Positions 1 to 11,772 of a stretch of DNA of 64,000 nucleotides are shown in pieces. Position 1 is the first letter of the stretch. Each line of letters begins with the position of its first letter. A model generated the notes under the pieces. That model was not told the origin of the DNA. It saw only the letters and a program-made list of their open reading frames with translations, and ran no database searches. The translations under genes were made by a program, and so were the position numbers. The stretch comes from Octopus vulgaris (lineage: Eukaryota), in assembly GCA_951406725.2 (NCBI GenBank), contig OX597816.1, positions 123,752,001 to 123,816,000 on the forward strand, written 5' to 3'.

Positions 1-386
1 ACAAGTCATAAAATCCTTTAGAGTTACTTGGCTAACTCAGTGTAAAAAGTACAGTAGAATTATCTGAAACTGTTTATCTTTGATGATAAAATATTTATCA
101 TTTTACAATGGGAAACCATGTTACCAAATAGTCTACATGATTCATGATCATTGCTACCAAAAGAGACACATCATGAACGAAAATACTCTCCACTTGGTTT
201 TCTAAATCTGCTGCACTATGTTCATAATTCAAAATCTGAATTACTAGTGGAACTCAGAGAACTTCTTGAGGCTTATTCCAATTACACTCATGGTGTGGAG
301 ACTGCAGGTTCCTAAAGAGATTATATTCCTCCAGACATGATAACCATCAAATAATGCCAATTATTCGCAATATTTATTGAGTAGAA

Positions 387-823
387 GATGGTGAGCTAAT
401 AGAATCATTGGCACACTAGGCAAAATGCTTAGCTGCATTTCGTCTGTCCTTACAGTCTGAGTTCAAATTCCACTGAGGCCAACTTTGCATTTCATCCTTT
501 CCAGGGTCAATAAAAATGAGTACCAGTTGAACACCGGGGTTGATGTAATCAACTTTCCCCTCCCCTGAACTTGCCAGCTTTGTGCAAAAATTTGAAAGTA
601 ATAAATTCAAGGTTGTGAACTGGCAGAATCATTATCGTGTGGGGCAAAATGCTTAGTGGCATTTTGTCCAACTTCACATTCTCAGTTCATATTCCACCGA
701 GATCGACTTTGCCTGTCATCTCTTTCAGGGTCAATAAAATAAATAGTTGTTGAATACAGGTCAATGTAACCAACTTGCCCCACCTCCCCTTAACTTGTTG
801 ACCTTATGCCAAAATTTGAGAGT
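387..823 (+). mobile_element. Tandem dimer of tRNA-derived SINE (Meta-domain-like family)
   Basis: Two ~210-bp head-to-tail copies (~387-598, ~609-820), each with a GAGTTCAAATTCC-like B box and a TTTCATCCTTT..GGGTCAATAAAAT core. Flanked by 18-bp direct repeat AATATTTATT(G/C)AGTAGAA at 369-386 and 824-841. Confidence 0.85.
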
Positions 824-1010
824 AATATTTATTCAGTAGAAAGTGAGGCAGTTAAAAAGGCAGCTGTGTTTAAAAACAAAAATTTGCAAAATAGAACATA
901 GCTGAGTGAATTTAACTTTTTGATTACCAGTATACCCCTTGTTTTCTTATATAAACTTCTTATTTGAAAGTGACCTAAATGAACTTTCCATCACAATCTC
1001 ATATTAATTT

Positions 1011-1019
1011 CATCATCAT

Positions 1020-1051
<32 letters not shown>

Positions 1052-1412
1052 TTGAATGTCTATTTTCCATACTGGCATGAGTTAGGTGTTTGACTGGAAC
1101 AGTTAAGCCAGAGAGCTGCACAGGGCTCCAGTCTGTTTTGAATGGTTTCTGCAGTTGGATGCCCTTCCTAATACCAACCACATTACAGAGTGTACTGGGT
1201 GTCTTTTACATGTCACTGGCATGGGCTTCTTTCATGTGTCACCTGCATGAGTGCTGTTTACATGTCACCGGTACTGGTCATGGCCATAGCTTCACTGATC
1301 TTGATATGACTTCTCAAGCACAGCAATTCACCTAAAATCTCAGTCACCTGTTATCACCTCCGTGAGCCTTGACAGCTGAAGATCATATTTCACCATATTA
1401 TACCATGTCTTC
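1011..1412 (-). mobile_element. 5'-truncated RTE-clade LINE 3' end with (ATG)n tail
   Basis: (CAT)n run followed by the TGGATGCCCTTCCTAA..CCAACCAC motif shared with 8340-9345 and 54510-55505; decayed KTW..VKYDL..LTE at the distal end. Confidence 0.7.
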
Positions 1413-1479
1413 AACAAGAATTCATAAATTCTAGTTTCACCAAACTAATTCTAATTTCTTGATTACTTGTCAGTTAGGG

Positions 1480-1809
1480 TATAGGCCCTCTTTAGACAGG
1501 AATGAGCAAAGAACTGCATTTCCCATCTGAAGCACAAGTCCAGGCAATGTTGTTTATGGAAGACCAGCAATCGCCCATGCATACCAGCTTCTGTTCTCCA
1601 TGCCACCGATGTAATCCAAGGGAAAGGAAAAGGCCGATGCAGCTTGACCCCAGTGATGTCACAACTCATTTCTACAGCTGAGTGAACTGGAACAATGTGA
1701 AATAAAGTGTCTTGCTCAAGAACACAACACACAGCTTTGTTCAGGAATTGAACTCACTACCTCATGATTATGAGCCCAACACTCTAACCATTAAGCCATG
1801 CACCTTCAC
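1480..1809 (-). mobile_element. tRNA-derived SINE (family B)
   Basis: Reverse complement begins GTGAAGGTGCATGGCTTAATGGTTAGAG (A box) with GAGTTCAATTCC (B box); homologous to 17131-17455. Confidence 0.8.
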
Positions 1810-2146
1810 TAGTTGCCAAATACCACTTTTACAATCAGTAAATGTCATGAACTTAAACATTGAAATGCTTAATATTTTGTTTAGAGTTAAAATAAATACA
1901 TCTAATATGTTAAAGTAGTTGATAAATAGTAATAAAGAATGTATTCATCATCCTTTAATGTCCCTTTTTTCCAATGTTTTCATGGGTCAGGTGTAATTTG
2001 TTGAGGCAGATTTGCTATAACCAATGCCCTCTCCTGTCACCAATCCTTGCTTTGTTTCCAAGCAAGATAGTATTTCCTCTGGCTAAACAACATCACTTGT
2101 ATGGTGGTGACCCTCACTTACAACACATGTGAAGCCAAAGGTACAT

Positions 2147-2183
<37 letters not shown>

Positions 2184-2184
2184 C

Positions 2185-2580
2185 TCATGGTGTGATTGTG
2201 TGGTAAAAAGTTTGCTTCCCAACCACATAGTTCTGGGTTCAGTTCCACTGTATGTAACCTTGGGAAAATGTCTTCTACTATAGCCTTGGATTGACCAAAG
2301 CCTTGTGAGTAGATGTAGTGACAGAAACTGAAAGAAGCCTGTCAGATATATATGTATGTATCTATGTGTGTGTCTCTTTGCGTATGTATTTGTAACCTCT
2401 GACTGCTTGACAACTGGCGTTGGCCTGTTTACATCCTTATAATTTAGCAGCTCGGCAAAATAGGCTGATGGAATAAATATCAGGCTTTAAAAAAATAGGT
2501 ACTGGGGATCAATTTCTTCAAGGTGATGTCACGGCTTGGCCACAGTCTGATGACTGAAACAAGTAAAAAGATAAAAGAAT
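2185..2580 (+). mobile_element. CORE-like tRNA SINE (octopus OR-type)
   Basis: GGTTCAGTTCC B box, ACCTTGGGAAAATGTCTTCTACTATAGCC core, internal TA/TG microsatellite, 3' end ATGACTGAAACAAGTAAAA. Confidence 0.8.
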
Positions 2581-2890
2581 ATATATGTAAAAGCTCCCAG
2601 CACACTCTGTAAAGTGGTTGTTGTTCGGGAGGGTATCCAGCCATAAAAACCATGACAAATCAGACTGGAGTCTGGTTCAGTATGCCAGTATGGGCCAAAC
2701 CGTCCAACCCATGCAGCATAGATAATGGACGTTAAATGATGATGATGAGGTTGATGATATATATGTACAGTAGGTTTCTTCCAATTTTTATCAACAAAAT
2801 CTACTCACAAGACTTTGGTCAGCCCCAAAGCTATAGCAGAAGATGTGGTGCAAAAGAGTTTATTAAAGAACAGGTGTTAGAACCGTTTAA

Positions 2891-3102
2891 CTACTCTTTT
2901 ACATGTTTCAGTCATTTGACTGCAGCCATGCTGGAGCACCGCCTTTAGTCGAACAAATCGACCCCAAGACTTATTCTTTGCAAGCCTAGTACTTATACTA
3001 TCGGTCTCTTTTGCCGAACTGCTAAGTTACGGGGACATAAACACACCAGCATCGGTTGTCAAGTGATGTTGGGAGGACAAACACAGACACACAAACATGT
3101 AC

Positions 3103-3155
<53 letters not shown>

Positions 3156-3322
3156 TACGATGGGCTTCTTTCAGTTTCCCTCTACCAAATCCACTCACAA
3201 GGCTTTGGTCGGCCCAAGGCTACAGTAAAAGACACTTACACAAGGTGTCACACAGTGGGACTGAATCTGGAGCCATGTGGTTGGTAAGCAAGCTACTCAC
3301 CACACAGCCACTCCTGCGCCCA
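2891..3322 (-). mobile_element. CORE-like tRNA SINE, full length
   Basis: Reverse complement aligns end to end with 40720-41115; internal (TA)n. Confidence 0.85.
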
Positions 3323-4292
3323 AAATATTATGTACCTTTCATTTTCTGGTAGTACTGCAGCTTACTTTATATGACTCTTAAATTGATTAAAGGCTACTTT
3401 CTAGAACTTTTCTTATTACAACTTACAATAACATCAAGAGAAACTGCAACTTTGGTGACTCATAAACTGGAGAAAAACAAACATAATACAAACCTTTAAA
3501 AAAAAAAAAGAGCTAGACATAAAGAAATAAAATTGTGATTGACAGCAGTTAAAACCAGAGTTAATAGCAACAGTTTTAATCTACTTGTTTGGCCAAATAG
3601 TTTTTAAGCTTTCCATATAGTTTATGACACTGAATTATTGGAAAGAAAATTGGTTTCTTGTTAATTTAATTCACCTAATATTTGTTACAATAATCTTCTT
3701 AAAAAGCTTTTAAAAGGATTAGTGTAACAATTACTGGACTAATTAATAAAAAAAGAAAGCAAATATTACTGTTTTAGTGAGTAGAGAAATACGATTGTTG
3801 AAATAAGCTGATATAGCTAAATTTTGCTTATATTCTATTGATGAAAAATCAATTTGACTGCTGAACAGTGGTAGTGGCTGACAGCCTCTCTTGTGTTATC
3901 TACTAAAGATTGTTCTCTTTAATTTGTTTCTGTGTAGTATCTTCTGGAAACATATGACTGATTATTGTATTATATAGAACTCTACCCCTCTTCCAGCGAT
4001 TAGCAAAACTTGAAATGTATCATCATCTGATAACTATAGCAAGTCTTGTAAAATATAATGCAGTATATTTATCTAAAGAGTTTTCTAAATAACACTGAAG
4101 GTTTTTAACTCTTTTGTTGCCATAATTCTGTTGAATGCATAGCCTTTGTTTCAATTAGACTTTAAAGTAATGAAAAATTTAGGAAAATTACTTTGTCACT
4201 ATTAATCTAGTGTTTAGAATATAAATTAACATTAAATTTTGATGGAAGGTTTTAATTTCGATCATTTTAAAACAAGTTTATATCAGAACAAG

Positions 4293-4932
4293 TGTGAAGG
4301 TGCATGGCATAATGGTTAGAGTATTCAGCTCACAATGATAAGGTTGTGAGTTCAATTCCCAGTAGCATGCGTTCTTTAAAGTTCTTGAACAAGGCACTTT
4401 ATTTAATGTTGCTCCAGTTCACTAAACTGGCAAAAATAAGTAGTACCTGTATTTCAAAGGACTAGCCTTGTCACACACTGTGTTATGCTGAATCTCCCTG
4501 AGAAATACATTAAATGGCACTTGTGCTGGTGGCATGTGAAACATTCGAGCGAGGACGTCACCAGTGCCGCTGGACTGGCTCCTGTGCAGGTGGCACGTAA
4601 AAGCACCATTTGGATGTGGCCGTTGCCAGTACCACCAAACTGGCCCTTGTGCCAGTGGCATGTAAAAGCACCCACTACACTTTCGGAGTGGTTGGCGTTA
4701 GGAAGGGCATCCAGCTGTAGAAACTCTGCCAGATCAGATTGGAGTCTGGTTTGCCAGACATCAGTCAAATCGTCCAACCCATGCTAGCATGGAAAGCGGA
4801 CGTTAAATGATGATGATAATGATGATGATGTGTCTGTGGAGTGCCCAGCCACATACATGTTAATTTCACAAGCAGGTTTTCCGTTGATCGGATCAACTGG
4901 AACCCCTGTTGTTGTAAGAGGAGGGGTGCCAC
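4293..4932 (+). mobile_element. tRNA-derived SINE (family C) interrupted by an RTE 3'-tail insertion
   Basis: Head GTGAAGGTGCATGGCATAATGGTTAG..GAGTTCAATTCC; body resumes at ~4830 (TGTCTGTGGAGTGC..GATCGGATCAACTGGAACCC); uninterrupted homologs at 12590-12900 and 16417-16727. Confidence 0.8.
4514..4829 (+). mobile_element. RTE LINE 3' UTR fragment ending in (GAT)n
   Basis: GTGGCATGTAAAAGCACCC modules, GGTTGGCGTTAGGAAGGGCATCCAGC, GGACGTTAAATGATGATGAT. Confidence 0.8.
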
Positions 4933-4992
4933 TATATCAGAACAAGTGGCAAGCTGTTATCAAAATGGTTAAATTCACTCAGTTACACTCAC

Positions 4993-5165
4993 CATTGGAG
5001 TCTACTGTGCATTGTTTAACAGTGTCTGTGGCTTCCATGACACCAATAGCTCTGAGACACAACTTTCTAGACTTTGTCTTCATCCATCATATATCTAAGA
5101 TAAGTTGGCTTTAAGAAATCTATTCTTTTTACTAGCACTATTCATGGTGGAATATGAACATAGCA
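4993..5165 (-). other. Candidate exon (UTR-like; short open frame MKTKSRKLCLRAIGVMEATDTVKQCTVDSN at its 3' end)
   Basis: On the - strand: acceptor TTTGCTAATTTGCAG, donor ATG|GTGAGT, preceded by a 76-nt GTAAGT...AG intron (5166-5241). Lies in non-repetitive sequence. Confidence 0.45.
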
Positions 5166-5849
5166 CTGCAAATTAGCAAAACACTTATACAAATACATCT
5201 GCTGCTTACAGCAGAAAGTTATGTATACACATGGGACTTACAGCTTCATTGCCTTGGCCATTTGTTAACTATTGGTCATGGACACAAATAAGTTCTACGG
5301 TGGGATGGAAAATAAATTGTTTATCTATCATTTTTCCAACATCCTATTGACTCAGCCAGCTGTAACTTTCAATCTGGTCTAATGAGCAGATGCAAATATT
5401 TACATAAAAAAACCCCCTTTGCTAGCTATTTCTGCCTGCTAAATATGAACTATCACTGCCAGCTTCTAAATTAGGTTTGTCTGTTTATGGTGACTGTGAA
5501 ATAACAATTTTTAGCGAAGCAGTCAGTAAAGTAAATTGAATAAGTAAAATCAGCGGCAATGCTAAATTCTACTGATTAGATAGTGTTTGGTGAAAAAGCT
5601 AGAGTATGTGGCTTATTTTCAGATCTGTAAAATGGTTTCTTAAAAGATAACCTTAATACCCTCAAAATTCAGTTGTATTCATAATTGAGATGACAGCTGT
5701 TGTCAAATTCAATTTTGTACAGTTTACTTTTTAACATATATAATTCTAGCTTGAGTATTTGCATAAATTTGTTTAGTTTTATTAAGTAAAATTTGTTTTG
5801 AAGCATAAAGAGAAAGAATATTCGTAATTTCCTTATATGCCTTATATTA

Positions 5850-6265
5850 GCAAGCAGGTATACACATATTCATAAACAATAATTCTACATATATGTGAGT
5901 ACATAAATGTATATATACATATATGTATGTATGTTTGTATGTATATATATATATTTATATAAATATATATACAGATACATATATACATGTATGTTTGTAT
6001 GTATACATATATATATATATATACAAACATACATGTATATATGTATCTGTATGTTTGTATGTATGTATATATATGCATATACATATATACATATGTGTGT
6101 ATACACACACACATCTAAATATATATACCTGTATACACATTAATATATGCAAATATATGTACATATATATATCTGTACACACACACACACATATATATAT
6201 AGGTGAGCAAAAGTATAGATATATATGCATACACACACACACGCACACACATGCATACGAAGTAT
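5850..6265. repeat. Compound TA/TG/CA microsatellite field
   Basis: Directly visible low-complexity ATAT/GTAT/ACAC array; source of spurious ORFs. Confidence 0.9.
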
Positions 6266-6769
6266 ATAAATAATAAATTTATAATTGATAGCTTATTATT
6301 GAAATTGCTGTTTCTAATTATTTTTTGGAATAGGAAGAAAATATTCCTAACAGGAATATCTGCAAAAGGAATATATACATACATGTCAAAAGCAATTCAT
6401 TTCGCTACTTGCAATCAGCTTATGAATATGCTATTGAAGATGACAATTTGGAATTACTGGTAATGCATATTCTTTTACCGGTTTCATTTATTGGATTGTG
6501 GCCATACTGCAGCTCCACTTTCAAAGGCTTCTATCAAATTATATTGCCTCCCCAACTCCTGACACTTTGTCATCTATCTATTGTACGGATATGTAACGAG
6601 AACAGAGGTTGAATTCTGTAGGGATTAAAGAAGGCAACTAAGACAGAGATATACTCTTTAACTAGTTTTAGGTTGGAAGCTGCAGCCATGCTGGGGCACC
6701 TCCATTATGCTGGGGTTATATATGCCACAGATATATCTTTGCTTGACATGTTGACACTTTGCCATCAGG

Positions 6770-6927
6770 CATAGGTGTGACTGTGTGGTAAGAAGCTTGC
6801 TTCCCAAACACATGGTTCTGGGTTCAGTCCCACTGCAAGACACCTTGGGCAAGTGTCTTCTTCTATAGCCTCAGGCCAGCCAAAACCTTGTGAGTGGATT
6901 TGGTTCATGGAAACTGAAAAAGCCTGT

Positions 6928-6967
<40 letters not shown>

Positions 6968-7590
6968 CACACACACACACACACATATATACACACATAT
7001 AGTGGGTGTGTGGTAAGTAGCTTGCTTACCAACCACATGGTTCTGGGTTCAGTCCCACTGCATGGCACTTTGGGCAAGTGTCTTCTACTGTAGCCTCGGG
7101 CTGACCAAAGCCTTGTGAGGGAATTTGGTAGACAGAAACTGAAAGAAGCCTGTCGTATATGTGCATATATATATATATGTGTGTGTCCATATGTTTGTGT
7201 GTCTGTGTTTGTCCCCCTAACATCGCTTGACAACCGATGCTGGTGTGTTTATGTCCCCGTAACTTAGTGGCTCAGCAAAAGAGACCGATAGAATAAGAAC
7301 TAAGCATACAAAGAATAAGTCCTGGGGTCAATTTGCTCAACTAAAGGCGGTGCTCCAGCATGGCTGCAATCGAATGACTAAAACAAGTAAAAGAGTAAAG
7401 AGTATATATGTAAATATCTGTGTGTTTGTGTCTTTGTATCACTCTGTTTGTCCCCCATCACTGCTTGACGTATGGTGTTGATGTGTTTACATTCCCATAA
7501 CTTAAGTCCTAGGGTTGGTTTGTTCAACTAAAATCCCTCAAGGCAGTGCTCCCACATGGCTACAACTAAATGACTGAAACAAATAAAAGA
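6770..7590 (+). mobile_element. Cluster of CORE-like SINEs (partial 6770-6935, full 7000-7400, 3' part 7420-7590)
   Basis: Repeated TGTGTGGTAAG.AGCTTGCTT.CCAA heads and ATGACT.AAACAA tails. Confidence 0.8.
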
Positions 7591-7971
7591 AAATGCTGAT
7601 TGTTTTCTTTAAAACTGTTTCTTGCAATATAGCATATTATTTTCCATCCATGTCCACCATCTCCTGCCTTCTAAGGGTACTTTTCTGTAACTAGATGACA
7701 TGACATGTGATAGTCCCCACAAACCAAAGGGTCTTGGGGACCCTGAGAGTGTGAGAAAGAGGTTTACTGAAGAATCAACCTTAATATTTGACAGGTACTT
7801 TAGTATATCAACCTCAGATAGATGAAAACCAAATTGACCTCAACAGGATTTGAAATAAGGACCAAAGAGCTAGAACAGTTACTACAAGGCATATGTCAGA
7901 CTAACAATTCTGCCAATTATTTGGCTTATACATGTATGTATGCATGCACATATATATGTATATATCATTAT

Positions 7972-8306
7972 CATCATCATCATCCAGTGTTTTAAATCAG
8001 GGTTTTGTCCTCCTTAACGGGGGTAGCTGGATCTACCTCAATGTAATAGCAACTGAGGTAGGCAGGTGCAGCTCACCCCAACATTTTGGCTGCCAGATAC
8101 CCATTCTCTTTTGCTATCATGAGCTTTATTTGGAGCTAGATTTTCTATGGGGAGCATGCCCTTGCTTGCCCCCCAACTTCAGTTTCTAGACATAAGTGGT
8201 TCTGAGACCGAGGCCTCTACCATGATTTTTAAAAAATGTGGTGGAAGACTAGCTCAGGAAGGCAGATATGCTACTCTCTGAAACCCCTTTCAGGGCTCCC
8301 CACCTC
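7972..8306 (-). mobile_element. Interspersed repeat with (ATG)n tail (probable LINE 3' end)
   Basis: CATCCAGTGTTTTAAATC..GGATCTACCTCAA..ATAGCAACTG recurs at ~15955-16255 and ~42566-42642. Confidence 0.65.
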
Positions 8307-8339
8307 ATATATGTGTGTGTGTGTGTATATATATATATG

Positions 8340-9344
8340 CTCAGAGTGTTACCACTAGAATAAGAATGGCCTAGGCAAAGTTCAGAAAACTTCTACCCCT
8401 ACTGATGACAAAGGGCCTCTCACTCAGAGTGAAAGGTAGATTGTATGATGCATGTGTGTGAACTGCTAGGCTTCATGGCAGTGAAACATGGGCTGTGGCT
8501 GCTGAAGACATGTGTAGGCTTGAAAGTAAGGAAGCTAGCATGATCCACTTGATGTGTAATGTCAGTGTGCACTCACGACAGAGTGTAAGCGCCTTGAGAG
8601 AAATGTTAGACATAAGAAGCATCGGATGTGGTGTGCAAAAGAGACGTTTGCGTTAGTATGGTCATGTACTATGGATGGATGAGGAGAGCTGTGTGAAGAA
8701 ATGCCACTCCCAAACAGTGGAAGGAATCTGGGGGTAGAGGGAGACCCAGGAAGACAAGGGGTGAGGTGGTCAAGCATGACCTTCAAACACTGAGCCTCAC
8801 AGAGGCAATGACAAAAGACCAAGACCTCTGGAGGTATGCTGTTACTGAGAAGACTTGGCAAATGATGTGAGTCCACAGCTGTAACCTACACCAGTGTTGC
8901 ATAACCAGCCCACTCAAAAGTACCTTGTTGTAGGGCATCCTGCTGTACTTGAGGAGACCTATTGAGTCAAGTACATCAACATCAGCAATATCAAAATCAA
9001 ATGTTATGGAAATTGTAGTTGTGAGCCCCATGCCAGTAGCATGTAAAAAGCCCCATCTGAACGTGGCTAATGCCAGTGCCGCCTTCACTGGCTTCTGTGC
9101 CAGTGGCACATAAAAAGCACCATCTGATCATGGTCAATGCCAGCTCCTCTGGCTCCTGTGCTGGTGGCCTGTAAAAAGCACCCACTACACTCTCGGAGTG
9201 GTTGGCAGGGGGAAGGGCATGCAGCTGTAGAAACACTGCCAGATCAGATTGGGGCCTGGTGCAGCTTCCTGGTGTCCCAGACCCCAGTCAAACCATCCAA
9301 CTCATGCCAGCATGGAAAATGAACATTAAACGATGATGATGATG

Positions 9345-9345
<1 letters not shown>
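8340..9345 (+). mobile_element. RTE-clade LINE, 5'-truncated and decayed
   Basis: Translates to KGLSLRVKGRLYDACV..LHGSETWAV..YGHVL.MDEESCVKK, followed by a 3' UTR and (GAT)n tail. Confidence 0.9.
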
Positions 9346-9375
<30 letters not shown>

Positions 9376-9482
9376 TCAGTAACAATATAGGGTGAATAGA
9401 AAGAATAGCTATAACTCTTTGACTGCTATTTCTAAATTCGGTGTGTGGTGAGGCAATTCGTTGCTAAACCCTTAATTGCTTA

Positions 9483-9525
<43 letters not shown>

Positions 9526-9528
<3 letters not shown>

Positions 9529-9906
9529 TGTATCCCAAAAGTCACTGATAGACTTCAATTTTTAATAACTTCCTTCGCTTTACAAATAAATGCATGAAAT
9601 TTTGATGCAATATAAAAGACATAATGGAAATTAATATGCACAAGTCAAATTTTGCAACACCACTACATCACATGTGAAAAATGACATCCCTTTAATGACA
9701 TCCATTTCCAGCTTCGCATTCCTATGCTTTTCCAAAGCTTTCACCATAACATCCTGAAGAGTTTCAGAGCCCACTTCTCTGATTTCTCTATTGATGTCCT
9801 CCTTCAGTTGTACCAGAGTCTATGGATTTTTGACATAAGCCATCTCTTTCAGGTATCCCCACAAGAAAAAATCCGGGCTAGTCAAGTCTGGAGAACGTGA
9901 AGACCA
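9526..9906 (-). mobile_element. Tc1/mariner superfamily transposase C-terminal relic with terminal repeat
   Basis: - strand WSSRSPDLTSPDFFLWGYLKE..KEDINREI; terminus CAGTGTATCCCAAAAGTC. Confidence 0.8.
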
Positions 9907-9926
9907 TTCAAAATAAGCCTCACACA

Positions 9927-10073
9927 TGGTTCCAGCAAGATGGGCACAACTGCTCATACTACAAGATAAACAATGTAGTTGCTATGGCAATGCTTTGGAG
10001 AGAGAATATGCCCCCACTATGGCAATGTCAAATGGCCTTCACATTCCCCAGACGTCACTAGCCCATATTTTTT
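9927..10073 (+). mobile_element. Tc1/mariner transposase catalytic fragment
   Basis: WFQQDG..TAHT...FGERI....VKWPSHSPDVTSPYFF. Confidence 0.75.
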
Positions 10074-11094
10074 CACACACTCAAACACATATACACACAT
10101 GCACGCACTTATATGCACATGCACACACAAGCAATGCATGCACACCACACACACACACACACACACACATACACACACTCACTCTCGTCTCGCACATAGA
10201 TGATCTGATTTTTGTGACTGAATCTGGAAGACAGAAAGGGAAAAGAAGCATTTATTGCAAACAAACATCATCTTCAAACACATGATCTGCAGTGAAAACA
10301 TCTGGACTGGATAAAAATATTACTTTGTTAGGAAAGAAGTGAGAGTTGGCAACAGGAAGAGCATCAAGCTGTAGAAAATCTGCTTTGTATTTAACTCATG
10401 AAAGCATGGAAAAGTAGATGTTTAAAATGATGATGATGATAGTGGTGGTGTGATATCTATTAAGAAAGTTTTATTTTTTCTTTCTAATACTGGCTTCAAT
10501 GCAACTAGTCATCATGATATTCAATTTTTATCTTTTAAACTTTATTCTCTCTGAAGTTATTTTTATAATACCTTTTAAAAAAAGCTATATAAATGTACAT
10601 TTTTAATTAATTGCACTTAAGAAATTATATATAACTTTAGAATCAATATTTTTCTTTACTAACAAACAGTGTAATTTAGGTATATATTATCAATTTCTGA
10701 GTGTAAAATTATTTATAAAATTATATAAAATAGTTTTTATTTTCTAAATGAATTTCAAGAGGGAGGTTAACATATGCCTACCTATTCACTGCAAGCCAAT
10801 ATAGGAACCTTTACATATTTGCTTGATCTGCTAGAATAGCAACCAAATCTTCAAATGACATACTTGTGTTTTAATCCTTTAGCATTCAGATTACTCTTAA
10901 TGACCTGTAGGGACATGATATTTTGTTATGCAACCATGATATAGTATAAAGTATATTAAACATTTTTATAAGTCAACACCATGTTCTACTGTGTTAGCAG
11001 TGCTAATACATCAGTTCTTAAATTTATCTCTACAGTATTCTATAGAAATTATTGCCACCACTGATTTTGTTAGAATGAGATTGAAAATGAGTAA

Positions 11095-11144
11095 TGGGCA
11101 TATATAACATTTTTCAGGAGAGTTTACTCCTTCTTCAGTACCTA
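11095..11144 (-). ncRNA. Minimal type I hammerhead ribozyme-like motif (degenerate)
   Basis: - strand UAGGUA-CUGAAGA-AGGAG uaaacu CUCCU-GAAA-AAUGUUAUA-UA-UGCCCA: catalytic boxes with stems I and II intact and stem III weakened. Confidence 0.6.
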
Positions 11145-11436
11145 TTTAACTCCTTAATTATCCTCTGACACATTGCTTAAATAGCCACTATAAACAGTGG
11201 TGTACCGTTATTGGATATACCAATTTTACATATTAAACACATTCCTGACAGCTGGTACATGAATAATAATGAGCTGTAGGGACACAGTATTTATAATGCA
11301 ACCATAATATACTACAAAATATATCAAACATCTTCATAAGTCAACTGTGTTAGCAGTGCTATTACATCACTCGTTAAAGTTAGCTCTACAGCCTCCAAGA
11401 ATGTATTTAATATGTAAAATTGGGATATACAATAAT

Positions 11437-11643
11437 CTTTTCTACTCTAGGCACAGGGCCTGAAGTTTCGAGGGAGGAGGGCAGTTGATTAGATCGACAC
11501 CAGTATGTAACTGGTACTTAAGTTATTGCCCCCGAAAGGATGAAAGTCAACCTCAGCGGAATTTGAACTCAGAATGTAAAGACAGATGAAATACTGCTAA
11601 GCTTTTTGCCTGTCATGCTAACGTTTCTGCCAGCTTGCCACCT
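11437..11643 (-). mobile_element. Meta-like tRNA SINE with 17-bp TSD
   Basis: TSD TTGGGATATACAATAAT at 11420-11436 and 11644-11660; GGAATTTGAACTC (B box, reverse complement). Confidence 0.9.
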
Positions 11644-11723
11644 TTGGGATATACAATAATGCTACATTGCTATATTTAGTGGCTATTTAAGCAATGAGCT
11701 CATGGATGGTTAATGGTTTGGAT

Positions 11724-11772
11724 GAGTGCTGATGAAGGAACAAAAACCCAGAAATATGGCATATATATGCTC
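11724..11772 (+). ncRNA. Minimal type I hammerhead ribozyme-like motif (degenerate)
   Basis: GAGUG-CUGAUGA-aggaacaaaaaccca-GAAA-UAU ggcau AUA-UA-UGCUC; stem II decayed; homologous to the 11095-11144 motif on the opposite strand. Confidence 0.55.

Noticed and set aside
150-316. Short open frames on both strands near the window start
   Set aside because: No recognisable motif; the - strand acceptor near 312 leads to stops in all frames.
5842-6463. Many overlapping 70-150 aa ORFs rich in Y/I/C/V/H/T (also at 13524, 20161, 23371, 38010, 49155, 50680)
   Set aside because: They are translations of TA/TG/CA microsatellites, which lack stop codons; not genes.
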